Shown here: positions 37,044 to 48,045 of the stretch, piece after piece
Layout: each line of letters begins with the position of its first letter
Numbering within the stretch: position 1 is the stretch's first letter
Source of the DNA: Laetmonice hystrix
Taxonomy: Eukaryota
DNA length: 64,000 nt
Direction: 5' to 3'
Assembly (NCBI GenBank): GCA_965235115.1
Contig: OZ249436.1
Span: 6,944,001 to 7,008,000 of the forward strand
Translations under genes and position numbers: made by a program
Notes under the pieces: model-generated
What the model saw: the letters and a program-made list of their open reading frames with translations, nothing else
Told to the model about the DNA's origin: nothing
Database searches by the model: none

Positions 37044-37112
37044 GTCATATCAGAGATACCGTTCACAATGTGGTTGTCATATCAGAGATACCGTTCACAA
37101 TGTGGTTGTCAT
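37044..37112. repeat. Perfect 32-bp tandem duplication
   Basis: gtcatatcagagataccgttcacaatgtggtt at 37044 and 37076. Confidence 0.95.
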
Positions 37113-40046
37113 TAGGCCGGCCAGTTTTACAGTCTGGTGGGCGCCTCCACGCCCTCTGAGCCACAGACAGGAGCCGGCCAGGGTGCAGGTTACTGGGGGC
37201 CACACCTTTACCCTCAGGGTGCTGCCCTTACCCCACCGGACTGGGCAGATCCTGGGGGCATGGAGTGGTGATACCCTACAGAGTCTACTGTCCACTGCCT
37301 GGCTGTGAGGTTTGTTACCCGGTCTGCACCCTGTGTATTGTCTGACTGATCTATGTGACCATTACCATCCCAGCGTGTGACAGCAACTTCTCTTATCAAC
37401 TACCACGACTATGGTCTTGAGATGGCGCAACTCTTAACAAAAGGGCCTCATGCCCGACTTGGCCCTTCTATGGCCCTCCGACGGCGGGGTCATCTCACAT
37501 GGCCGGTGACACAACCCATCATCAGCTCAGTCCACGATGTGTCAACTGTCAAGTCGACAAGACATCACCTGCTGGGTCAGCCTGGGGGTGGGCACACACC
37601 CAGCCAAACCCTGCTGGAAGGCACAGAGCCGCGTCATGTTCAGACCCTGAAATATGGCCCCCATACCTACTACATCGTGGTACATGGCTCCAGCTGAAAG
37701 CCCTTAAACGGCACGATTGTCCCAATGATTCAAACCCTCGCCTATTATAAGCCTGGCTGTGATGGCCAAACTGAGCTGGATCTCATTATAACTTTTACAA
37801 TGTATTCTTACATGTGACCCAAAACGACGGACGAGGTGACATGCCACCTTAACGAAGCCAACTTGGGCCGCACTGAGACGTTCATGAACCCTGACTGTGG
37901 GCGCTTCCAATATTTCACCAACAAAGCACCAATTATAGCACTAACAATTGCTGAGCAAGTTCTATGTTAGTCATTATTCATCATACCCGTATTTCCAATA
38001 AAACTCCTATAAAAGACTAGCACTATGAAATATGTCAACGTTTCAGCCCAAACTACCAAATTCAAATAAGCGAGTTTTTACCCTTTGTTCCTACATTTGG
38101 CATATTTCGCTATCCATGGTAATAATATTTTATTTAGTTCTATAAAAAGTATATAATTATGTAGAATGTCAGGTTTTGCTGTTTATAATCATGACAGCTT
38201 ATAAATGGATGATGCCTTCTGCTAGGATGCTTAAAAGATAAATGACAAAGGAAACAAAATGCTTGATTGGCTTTCAATACAAAACGCATCAAAGGTCATC
38301 AAAATTCTAATCTACGAAAAAATGATTGGCAAAATGTTCCAGCTTAGTGCTGATTCCCGGGTGATGTGGTCTGGTGCGCAAACCCTCAGCCGTACACCTT
38401 GTGGTTCCCCTGCGACACCTTCTCCTGGGTTCTATGATGAATCGTCCTTGAAGGCAATTGTCCACAGAAGGTCATAAATCAGCTGCTGCCGGTGTGCCTG
38501 ACCACACGGAGGTCAGTGGGCCCAGCAGGCGCAGGTCGACGCCCTTATCGGGACATCCCAGGGGAATCCCTGACTGACATCCTCACCATTGTCTGTGCCG
38601 AGGTGTTAACTGTTTAACTAGGATTTACTCTGCCGTCAGGAGCCCTCATACCATTATCTCTTCTCCTTGTTGATTTCACCCGGCCAGATTGAAACATGAC
38701 ACTTTTATTGTGGTACACTTTAGATCAAATCTAATTCAATTTCATGAAAGGCAAAGACTGGGTTACAAAACACCACAATAATCCGCAGCTGTCTGTTAAT
38801 AGGATTATTTTTCTATGATTAAACATTTCTTATCCTTGATCTCGCTGTACAGGCGACTTTCTATCGAAGGTAACATGATATGTCTTTTCAAAACACTGTA
38901 ACAGTAAAATAGGCATTGAGCGAACTTTACCACTGAGCTAGTGATTACACAATATTGATTTGGTACCACAAAACAACGTTTTGTTATTAACTTGATTTGA
39001 TCGTACATCGGTCAGACGAAACTTACAAAATACAAGTAGGATACTGGATGTCTCCGGACAGTTTGATCCAGGGCAGGGGATGCACAGAACTTTTCAAACT
39101 TTTCATTAATTTATTTATTCTGGATATACAATCGACAAGATCTGCCAGCCTCCCTTACTCACAATAGTGCACACAACGGGGACGACCGTGGACAATTCAC
39201 ACCTAATGCTTACCTCAACATTTCCTGTTACGTTTGTGCTACACCAAGACAATTATTCAGTGAACTGGATGATCCTACGCTACAACATTCCTTTTGAATA
39301 AATGTTTATGTTTGCTTTGTTTTTATTAACTTGTTTCCTTTTATCTCACGTGAACATTGCTCCAGTTAGAGTGTATCCCGAATTTACAACACATTTTCCT
39401 CCAGCTCAGTCTCCAGCCATTGTTAGGCAAAACATAATACGACCTTTATAGGCGGAGGAGACTCTCTTGCAAGCAAAATTTGCATTCGGTGAGGTAGGAA
39501 CAGAGATTTGAAATTGAAGGGGCTCTGGCCTGAAACAACAGAAGTTACTGTTGTAGGAGCGGTACATGGAGCCTCATAGTTTAATGATAACCTTATCTTG
39601 TATCACAGGCGCACACAATACTGCGGAAACCAGTACACAGATATGCAGCTTGAGTCGAAGCTATCATTATACCAGTTAATATAATGACAATGATATTATC
39701 ACCAATCTGACCCCGTGAATTACGAGCTATTGAATTCATTCGGTGTCTGCGCCTGGCTCTCTTTGACATTTTCCTATCATCGTTGTCACAGCCATGGCCG
39801 AACAAAACCAGTCGGTGTCGGTGGTCAACCGTTATGCAGGCCAAGGCCAGTCATACTACCGTATTGTTAATACTGAAACGATTGTGATAACAACAAATAA
39901 AACGAAATGAGAGAAAATTCAACAGTATCGTCTCAAACACATGGACTTCGTGATGATTAATTGTACCGTATTTATTTCATATCCAAGACTAATTTATTAA
40001 TGGTATCACTCGGAAACAGAACTCTGGGATTTCAATGGGGCAGGCA

Positions 40047-40070
40047 GATTACGATTACGATTACGATTAC
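40047..40070. repeat. (GATTAC)4 microsatellite
   Basis: Read directly from the sequence. Confidence 0.95.
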
Positions 40071-42147
40071 GCAGGTAGGATCCAGTCTACCGTTAATTGT
40101 CATATAATGTGGAAACCTGCAAATGTTCCCGCTTGGTAGCTAAACTATATGGCATAATTAATTTTACCAGCTTTGAAACTTTTAATCCTTATTGAATTTT
40201 ACTGGCTATATCTGTAACGCATCATGTAAAAGACAAAATATCGTTAACTTACCACTTATGATTTTCTGATAAATTCTCTCGCCATCGTGAGATAACCTTC
40301 GAGATGAAATTCTAAATCTTTCAATAAAATATAAAAAAGACTAGAGAAAATAATTAATCCCCTATCTTTGTGCGCAGGCTCTTCTTACTTAATTTCCATT
40401 GTTCTATACAGTGTGACAGCGTGACTTCTCTTGTTATTGGAGAAAATGAAAACTATAATCCAATCACCTTGAACTGAGCGCTGCGTTTGTTCTTAACTGA
40501 CCTATATTCACATATAAGCTGGTGAACTGAACAGAAAAGCATCTAAAACACACAGAATGATGACCTCACACTCGCCAGTATGACCCATTCTATGCAAATC
40601 CTCTCCGAATAGCCAAATATTAAGCTTCCAACACAAACACTCAACCAGCACATCCACTTTGAATGTTAATTTCTCCCTAGCGTCCGTGTGACGAAGCAAT
40701 CGTCATAAGTGTGATTTAACACGCTGGACCAACAGTCAACATTTGCAAAATGTACCCTTACACGATAAAGTACCCTTTGTTCAACTGCTTTAACTGCTGC
40801 AAATCAAATTTTGGAATCATCGATGCCAGTTTTTTCTAGGTTCAGACAACACCCTTGGCCTTACCATCTGCTAGTGATCGTAGGAACTGGGCGGGGATTT
40901 GGAGAACTACGTTAAACTCTTTCACTGGGGGTGGTTTTTATTGCCGCTGGGGTTTGATTCGGGTACCAGGTGGGGGGGGGGGGTGATTGGGTCTCTCATC
41001 CCGCTGTCTGCGGGGGGTTCACCCACACACAACAATCTTGTGATGAGCTTACGCGCGACTTCGCCCTCAATGATCCCTAAACAAAAGTAAATCTCATAAT
41101 ATCATTTTGTCAATTACCGATAATTGTGTTATGATTCTCAATGGCAACATGTGGCGCCGTTCTCAGTGTGTGAGAGGCGTCGGTAGGGGGCCAGCTGTGT
41201 GCCGCCACCGACCGCCGGTCGGCTGGTCGGTCGGTCGTCCTGTCCTACACCAAGATTATACCTGCATCCCTTCACACGTCACACAGGGGAGATGTACCCC
41301 GGACCAGGTGTTTGACTTGGAGTGCTCTCCAGGTCTGACTTCAACCCTGGTCAATTACTTACTTACATACTTCTTACCCCAGAATGGGTGGTAAACGTGT
41401 GAAATCAGCCCTGTTACATAGTAAACTCGGTCCAGACAGCCACTATAAACAGTAAGTCGATCTGTCCGTGTTCTTCAAACGACATGTGTAGAGTTCATCA
41501 TTCTCACCTCCCCCGTTACCGGTCGATTACCTCCAGTAAAACCCATCGACAGACTGAGGTAGGGCTGTGAAGTTTACCCCCCACACGGGCACGTACCCCC
41601 TCCCTCCGTTACAACCCCGTTCGCACGTCCTCACCCAGCCTGCAGTGTTACTCGTTCATTGAGTGCCTTGCTGACAGATCTTCACCCACGCCACAGACGG
41701 GAAGGATTTTTGTCACTTTTCTTTACATTTTTTCACTTCGCACATTAGACCAATCGCGGAACAACCATAGGGGAACAAGATGAAAGGAGGGAGTGGGGGA
41801 TTTTAAATTTGTTGACGGACTAATTGTCTTTGCCTCCCCCGTGAAGAAATGAGCGCCATCAGGCCCCGGCTGCTCACACATGGCCAGCCTGTTTGTCCCC
41901 CAGCCAACGCCCGCTTACCCCCCTCCTGGTTGCCAAACAGATGATGGGGGGCCACCCATCACCGTCCATTTAGACTCCTAATTAGGAATAAACACCCAAT
42001 CTAAAACAACTGGTTCCTTGATTAAAAACACCACAGTCTGGCACCTCCTGGCTGACGTGGCCGACTCATGGCCCTGTGTATTTTAGCGAGCCGTACTCCA
42101 ACCAACTTCTTGAACACAGTTCATCGTCTGAACACCACCAAACTATC

Positions 42148-42317
42148 CAGGGGCGGATCCAGGATTTTGGTAAGGAGGGGGGCGGGGGGGGGGGTTAGGG
42201 GGAGAATTTGCTACGGGGGGATTCAGCAACGGCCATTCAGAAAGTTCTATGGTGGAATAAAAAAACATTGGTTGCGAAGGGGGGTAACACACCCCCCCCC
42301 CCCCCGATCCGCCACTG
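42148..42317. mobile_element. MITE (170 bp) with 5-bp TSD, possibly hAT5-like
   Basis: Left end CAGGGGCGGATC and right end GATCCGCCACTG (11/12 inverted match), with CTATC duplicated at 42143-42147 and 42318-42322. Internal poly-G and poly-C runs are present. Confidence 0.75.
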
Positions 42318-44250
42318 CTATCCGCAGACTTTGGGCATAATGTCTTTACATGAACGCCCTCTACGTCCTGCAGGTTTATCTGATAAAACAACCCGGACTA
42401 ACCCCTTCAAACTGGACTAAATGGAGACAGTATGCCCCCTCGATCTGTGCTCTCAAAGGTTCAGGGCTATTATCAACGCATAAAATCATTTCCCCTACCA
42501 TCTTAACATATACCATTATTTGGAAACAACTAACATCATTTCCTTACTGTGCGAACTTTATCGAGAATAATTTACTGCTCTTTGAGGATCCATGCCTCTC
42601 TAAGTAACAGTAAAACTCCATCCTTGGTTGCAAAGTCTGGTGACTAATATCTTTGTATAGAGCCATGTAATAGGTACTCATAAATACGTGTACTTCAGAA
42701 TATTTTAGTCCATTTCTTTAACTCGTCTGTTTGAGTTGAATCACGTCGAGTGAGGTAGGACACGTCTGCAAACACACACCCATGAACGTCCTGGAATTAC
42801 AGAAAACATACTGGAGCCAGCCGCTAGCCAGAGAACTCTAACAGAGCCAGGATAATTCACTTCGGCGCCAACACATGCAGGCCGGGGTAAAGAAGAGAGC
42901 ATTGCTTGTCTCAATGCTATAACACAGCCCTGGGTTCGAGGATTTAGCGAAGGTGGAAGGCGCCTCTGTTATTGTGTAAGCGCTGAGACTGAAGTCAGAG
43001 TTTGTGCTAGAAAATTGGAAACATGTCGAGAGGGAGTGGCAAGCACATGTCAAGAGGGATGATCTAATGGCGCGGCGTGTAGAGGTTGGGGTGGGGGTGG
43101 GGAGGGGGTCCAGGAGGGTGTTAGGGAGGGGTGGATCCCACACCCCACAAGGCCGGGTTAATCCAACCGGTGTCGGCCTTTAATACCACTCATCTGTGGC
43201 TGGGACCATACGTCGTTTTTATATTTCATAAACTCACACGGGAGGTCCTGTTACAAGAAATGGTATGTGTCTCATATATTGTCCCCCTACATGATATAAA
43301 GTCTTATAAGTGCACAGAGCAATATATTCGGCATGGATTAAACCATTTGGTTGTCATAGTTAACCTCATATACAAACAGTGCGTGATGTCTCAGCGTTAT
43401 ATATCATCTCCAGGAACATGCACACATCCAATCACTTTGGAAAGATTGCCCTGTGTTCTAAAAGTTATATAGTCTGATTCCATGGCATCTCAGTGAGCGG
43501 TGGTTGTGATCAGTGTGAACGAGGCCCGCCACTAGAGCGATAAATCCAGCCCAGATAGGATGGAGACACTCTCACTGATGTCTGTGGACGGTTGGGGTCG
43601 ATTTGTGTTTGACCATTTCTCAGATAGAGAAATACGGAGGTCAGACAGACAATAACGGAATGCCCCTAAGTTTAACATGAAAGTCGGTGCTTGGAATGCA
43701 GCCAGATTCCTCCAATAGTGAGTGCTAACTCTCAAACCGAGTGCATGAGATTTGTCACTTTCCGAGTCCCTTGGCCATCGCCGATTCATCCAGAGAGTGC
43801 CTACTGGGCTTTTAGCTGATTTTACCGGCAATCGGCCGATGAAGCAGGAGCAGCTGCAACTTTAGAGTCCCAGCCAGCTGATAGTTCGCACTGTCCGACT
43901 GACAGACAGACAGAGATATGGGAAGACATGGACAGACACTTCAGGACGGACACATAGAGGTCGATACGCAGAAATATGCAGACACCACGAACGAGAAATA
44001 AAAGACAACTATAAGCAAAACTCACACAATTTCTCCGTACACCGACAAACGTGAAAGAATTTGACATAAAACCGGGTCAAATCTGGTTAACACCTTGAAC
44101 GCTTATTACACTTTGGCCATTTCTTTACTGTTGGTTTTTACGAGCAGTATACATGTATACTTACTGATGATATTAACAGGATATTCGGACTTCTTTGTAT
44201 CGATGAGTCATTAAGTTTAAGTTTTCTTCATTATTGACATAGATTCCTCA

Positions 44251-44398
44251 ACGTCACGCCGGAAACCGAGCCACATAGGGCCTACGCATGCGCGCAGATA
44301 GTATGCAATTTGTGTCCTGAGCGACGTTGGAGTGCCGATTGGAACTGTTCTCCGATGGAGGCCAATTAAATTGATTAGTTCAAGTGAGCGTTGCCAAT
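44251..44398. promoter_or_regulatory. Housekeeping-promoter-like motif cluster
   Basis: ACGTCA (44251), CCGGAA ETS (44259), ACGCATGCGC NRF1-like (44284), and CCAAT boxes at about 44337 (minus), 44361 and 44393. Confidence 0.3.
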
Positions 44399-46462
44399 AA
44401 CTCAGCTCACGTTAATTTACCTCAATGTTCGACAATAAAGGCAAATTTGAACAATGACTTCCTGATGTCAGTAATATCGGCGACCATATCAAAACTGCTA
44501 GCCATCTGTTAGGTCCAAGGCAACCAATGGCGAGTCAGGGTTTGTCCCGCTTCTGTTCCCCGGGAGGCCTGAACTCAGGTCCCCCGGGGGCCATCGTGGA
44601 TGACGCCTGGAGGCGACTTTAACCTGTTACTCCAAGCCAAACTCCATGATCAACGAATCTCACAACAAAACCTCTCCGACTCGCCCTGTATAAACTGTGC
44701 TGAACGTGAGGCGGCAGGACGTGCTGAACATTTCCAGCGAGTCCTGCATGCCAACCCTGCCGCCCCATTTGTCGGCCTCATTCAGCTAGCCTCTCCTGTT
44801 TGTCGTATCTTTCCGCGCGTTTACATCCTGTCCCAGCCCTCAAATGCGAAGCTCCAGCTCAGAAGCCAACAAGGCCAGGGAGGCTGAGACTGCTGACCAT
44901 ATCACACCCTCTGAAGTGGAAAACATGGGTCACTTCAACCGTCTTTAAGTAGCTCGCAAACTTTATAGCAACTGTCTCTTCACGAGCGCTGAAAGGGCCC
45001 GTTACTTCTACACGATTGGATTGGTGTGATAAATGTGGCCCCACTCTCAACACTGAAACCTGTGAACTAATGGAATAATCTCACAATGTAACTGTACACT
45101 ATCCAAGTATTCACAACATTCGACAATGTCAAAAACAAATAACACTGCCCGCATTCATCCAGTGATCAAGTGACTACAAATCTCATCTTATTTTGGACTT
45201 GTATTATTTTTTACAAAAGGCTCAAGTTTTTACATACCAAGGAGCAGATCACTTTTCGCGCTCAAATTCAAGGTTGGAAAAATCTGTTTTGGAGCATACA
45301 ACAACGTGAAAGTTGTCCCTGGTTGCCCCCTGCAGAGTGACAAGGTTCTCAGAATACTTGGTAAGGACAATATCAGAGGTATCCTTCTCCGATAGGATAC
45401 CCAGACTTTAACCCTCTCACTCCTCACGACCCCCCACCTCTCAAACAATCTACATTTGTATTAGTAAACACACACATTATCTTTGCAGAAATATACTTAA
45501 ACAAGGGTTATAACCTTTTTGTTGCATAGATTAATCTAACTTCCTAGGATTATTTGAAGTTTTACAATTTTAAGCCTTTTTGAGTTACTTCTGCGATACA
45601 TTACCCAATGCATGGGTTAACACCCCGTGGTGAACAGCTTCACCCTGGTACCGATAGAGAGATATCTGAGATGTAATACATGCACCAGTAATGATTGGAT
45701 CATGGACCACCATCAGAGTCTGACAATGGGTTTAATGACTACTCTGGTCATGATATACACTCATTAAATGTAGTCCTTAGATATACCTACTGCCCCCAAC
45801 TGAGTCTCAATACACCGCCACCCCATGGAAACCAGTTAATTACAATCAAAAATAAAACCTATTTCCTACTTTTGTACGTGGTTTTTAAGTAAAAGCAAGT
45901 TAAAATATGTACACTCATCTCAATATACGAGATTAAAGTCCAAATTTGTTGATTTTCCTAACTTTTTGAAAATTTCTGTTCATTACTGCGACATTTAAAT
46001 TCAAACGTTTTGTTTTCAAACCTGATTTTTTCATAAACGAACCCCGAGAACATCGGTGATAAACCTCCTGACTGCGTGTTTTTATCGAATCAGGTACAAA
46101 TATTACTGTATTATCCTCTTTTATCTAGGACAGAAAACTTGGTATTGTAACCCAGTAAATACTATCCACAACTTTCCTCTCGTGCCGCATGTATTTCTTG
46201 TTTCAGGGTTAACACTTGGATGGGAACGATCCAGTACAAGACGTTGTCGTGACCAATACATTACCAACGATTTCTGGTATGCTCTTTATGGATAAGAACA
46301 TAAGATGTATTTGGCAGTGACTTTGCAATGGTTTGAGAGAAAAACGAGGGTTCAGAAGCGCGTAAGGAACTGAAGGGAGCTGGTGTGGCCCAAACTGCCT
46401 GAGGGGAGATAGGACGACTATTGTGGTCAAGTTACAGTTCGGTTTACAACTCACAGCCTTAC

Positions 46463-46544
46463 CAATTTGTCAGCCGAACTAGCCAAAAAGAAGGTGATGA
46501 ATTTGTACCAAGTGTTGCTATGGTCCGGGGGCCACGTCAAGGGC
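46463..46544 (-). CDS. Candidate 82-nt internal exon, (x)PLTWPPDHSNTWYKFITFFLASSADKL
   Basis: Strong acceptor (cttacccccttccccctcaacAG), strong donor (TTG|GTAAGG) and one open frame. The protein is not recognised. Confidence 0.35.
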
Positions 46545-47952
46545 CTGTTGAGGGGGAAGGGGGTAAGTTTGAGGGGAAAGGGTGTAGACCTCACCCCCAC
46601 AAGGTGATAATACCATCCCGACCACTCCACTGTCACTGTCAGGGAGAGTGATTGTCTTTTGGTCGATGGTGAGAACCCGAGTCCCTTTGAAGGTGATATT
46701 GGGTTACGTTGGAGCAATACAATTAGGAATGTGCTCCATGTCGGCTATGTAACGATGTGGGGCTGCAGTCGGTGGAGACGGTTGTATTGTCCATTAACAC
46801 CCAGCCCTGGCCGCTAGCTGTCTGTCAGTGTCAGTCATCGCCCAGTGTAAAACACCAGAGTAATGGTGTAGGTGGGACGCACGGTTAGACTTGACAGATC
46901 CTCAGGCAGACAACACGTGGAGCCCTCGGCTGCCCCCTACCTCCACACCCCCCAGGATGCCTTCTCTTTAACATGCCGCGCACGTTTAGAGGAAATATCA
47001 TAGAGTGTTGGTGGCACCCCAGTCAGCAAGCTGTCCATCCCTGATGGCTTCCCCAGCTCCACTCCAGGCATCGCTCGCAGATCAAGTATGGATCAAGTTT
47101 GACATCAAACACCCAGCCTAAAACAATCTGTTTGCCATTACGAGTGCATGGACTGCCACTACATGACTGCTTTAACAGGATATGGTTTGGCGAAAGTTGT
47201 TCTACTCCTGATCCAGATATGAAGGATGTTATTTTTATCCTTATCAGGGTTTAAATTACAATCGGGTAAAGTCTGATACGGAGGACTAGTTAGTAAGTGA
47301 AAACTAGAGTTTGGCATTCCTCTAAATCATAGTAGTGAGAATGACGGATTTCACCAACATCACAGCATATACACAAACAAAGTAAGATCCAGAGCAAGTT
47401 ATAAACCATTGCACTGGAACTGCCTATAAATTTGTAGTTATTCACATGCTTTTCAAATGTTGTATCTGTCAGTTTAAAACTGCGTGCGTGTCACTAATAC
47501 AATACCCTCAGTCGTACTCGAGTGTCCAAGTGTTAGAGAACTACAGACTACATCTCGACAAGACACGTCCATGTCTATACCACCTACAGAAGTGCTGTGC
47601 AAACAGTCAAACTCCAACCAAACAAATAAAAACCCCAGGCCCATTCTCCACAATAAACAAAACACAGCAATGAAATCCGTCAAGTTTAATAAGGTAAATT
47701 TCTCCTGTGACATCTCAATGGGTTGACACTAAGGGTCGTGACCTTGAATTGCAAAGTTTAAAGAGGAGCTAACTATGGACAATTGGCGGGTGGGGATGGT
47801 TAAATAGGGACCTGGACGCAGTCTGCCATGGGACAATTGTTCACAGTCCTGAGGTGAAGATATGGTCATAGTTCATTAGCCCCCAGTGGGTCGCCTGCGA
47901 CAGTCACCTTAACTCCCATACTCCTCCTATTAACATTTTTGCATTTCAATAG

Positions 47953-48045
47953 GAACTACAGACCTGAGCGGCCACCACGGGGCTTTAATGATCTACGGCA
48001 GGGAGTGTGCGCGGCAGATGGCACAGCCTGGTCTACCCCCGCCAG
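47953..48045 (+). CDS. Candidate 93-nt symmetric exon, unknown product
   Basis: Acceptor tttttgcatttcaatAG and donor CAG|GTAGAC. The segment is GC-rich relative to its flanks and two frames are open. Confidence 0.2.

Noticed and set aside
39001-39040. SYIGQTK as a Penelope GIY-YIG motif
   Set aside because: It has stops on both sides and no upstream GIY/Cys motif. A single 5-residue match is expected when scanning for many motifs.
43670-43715. MKVGAWN as a LINE endonuclease N-terminus
   Set aside because: Stops follow within 7 codons, and no further endonuclease motifs occur at the expected spacing.
44600-44887. GDFN endonuclease motif (plus) or GQDVNARKD ankyrin-like motif (minus)
   Set aside because: These are isolated short words on opposite strands, and neither has supporting context.
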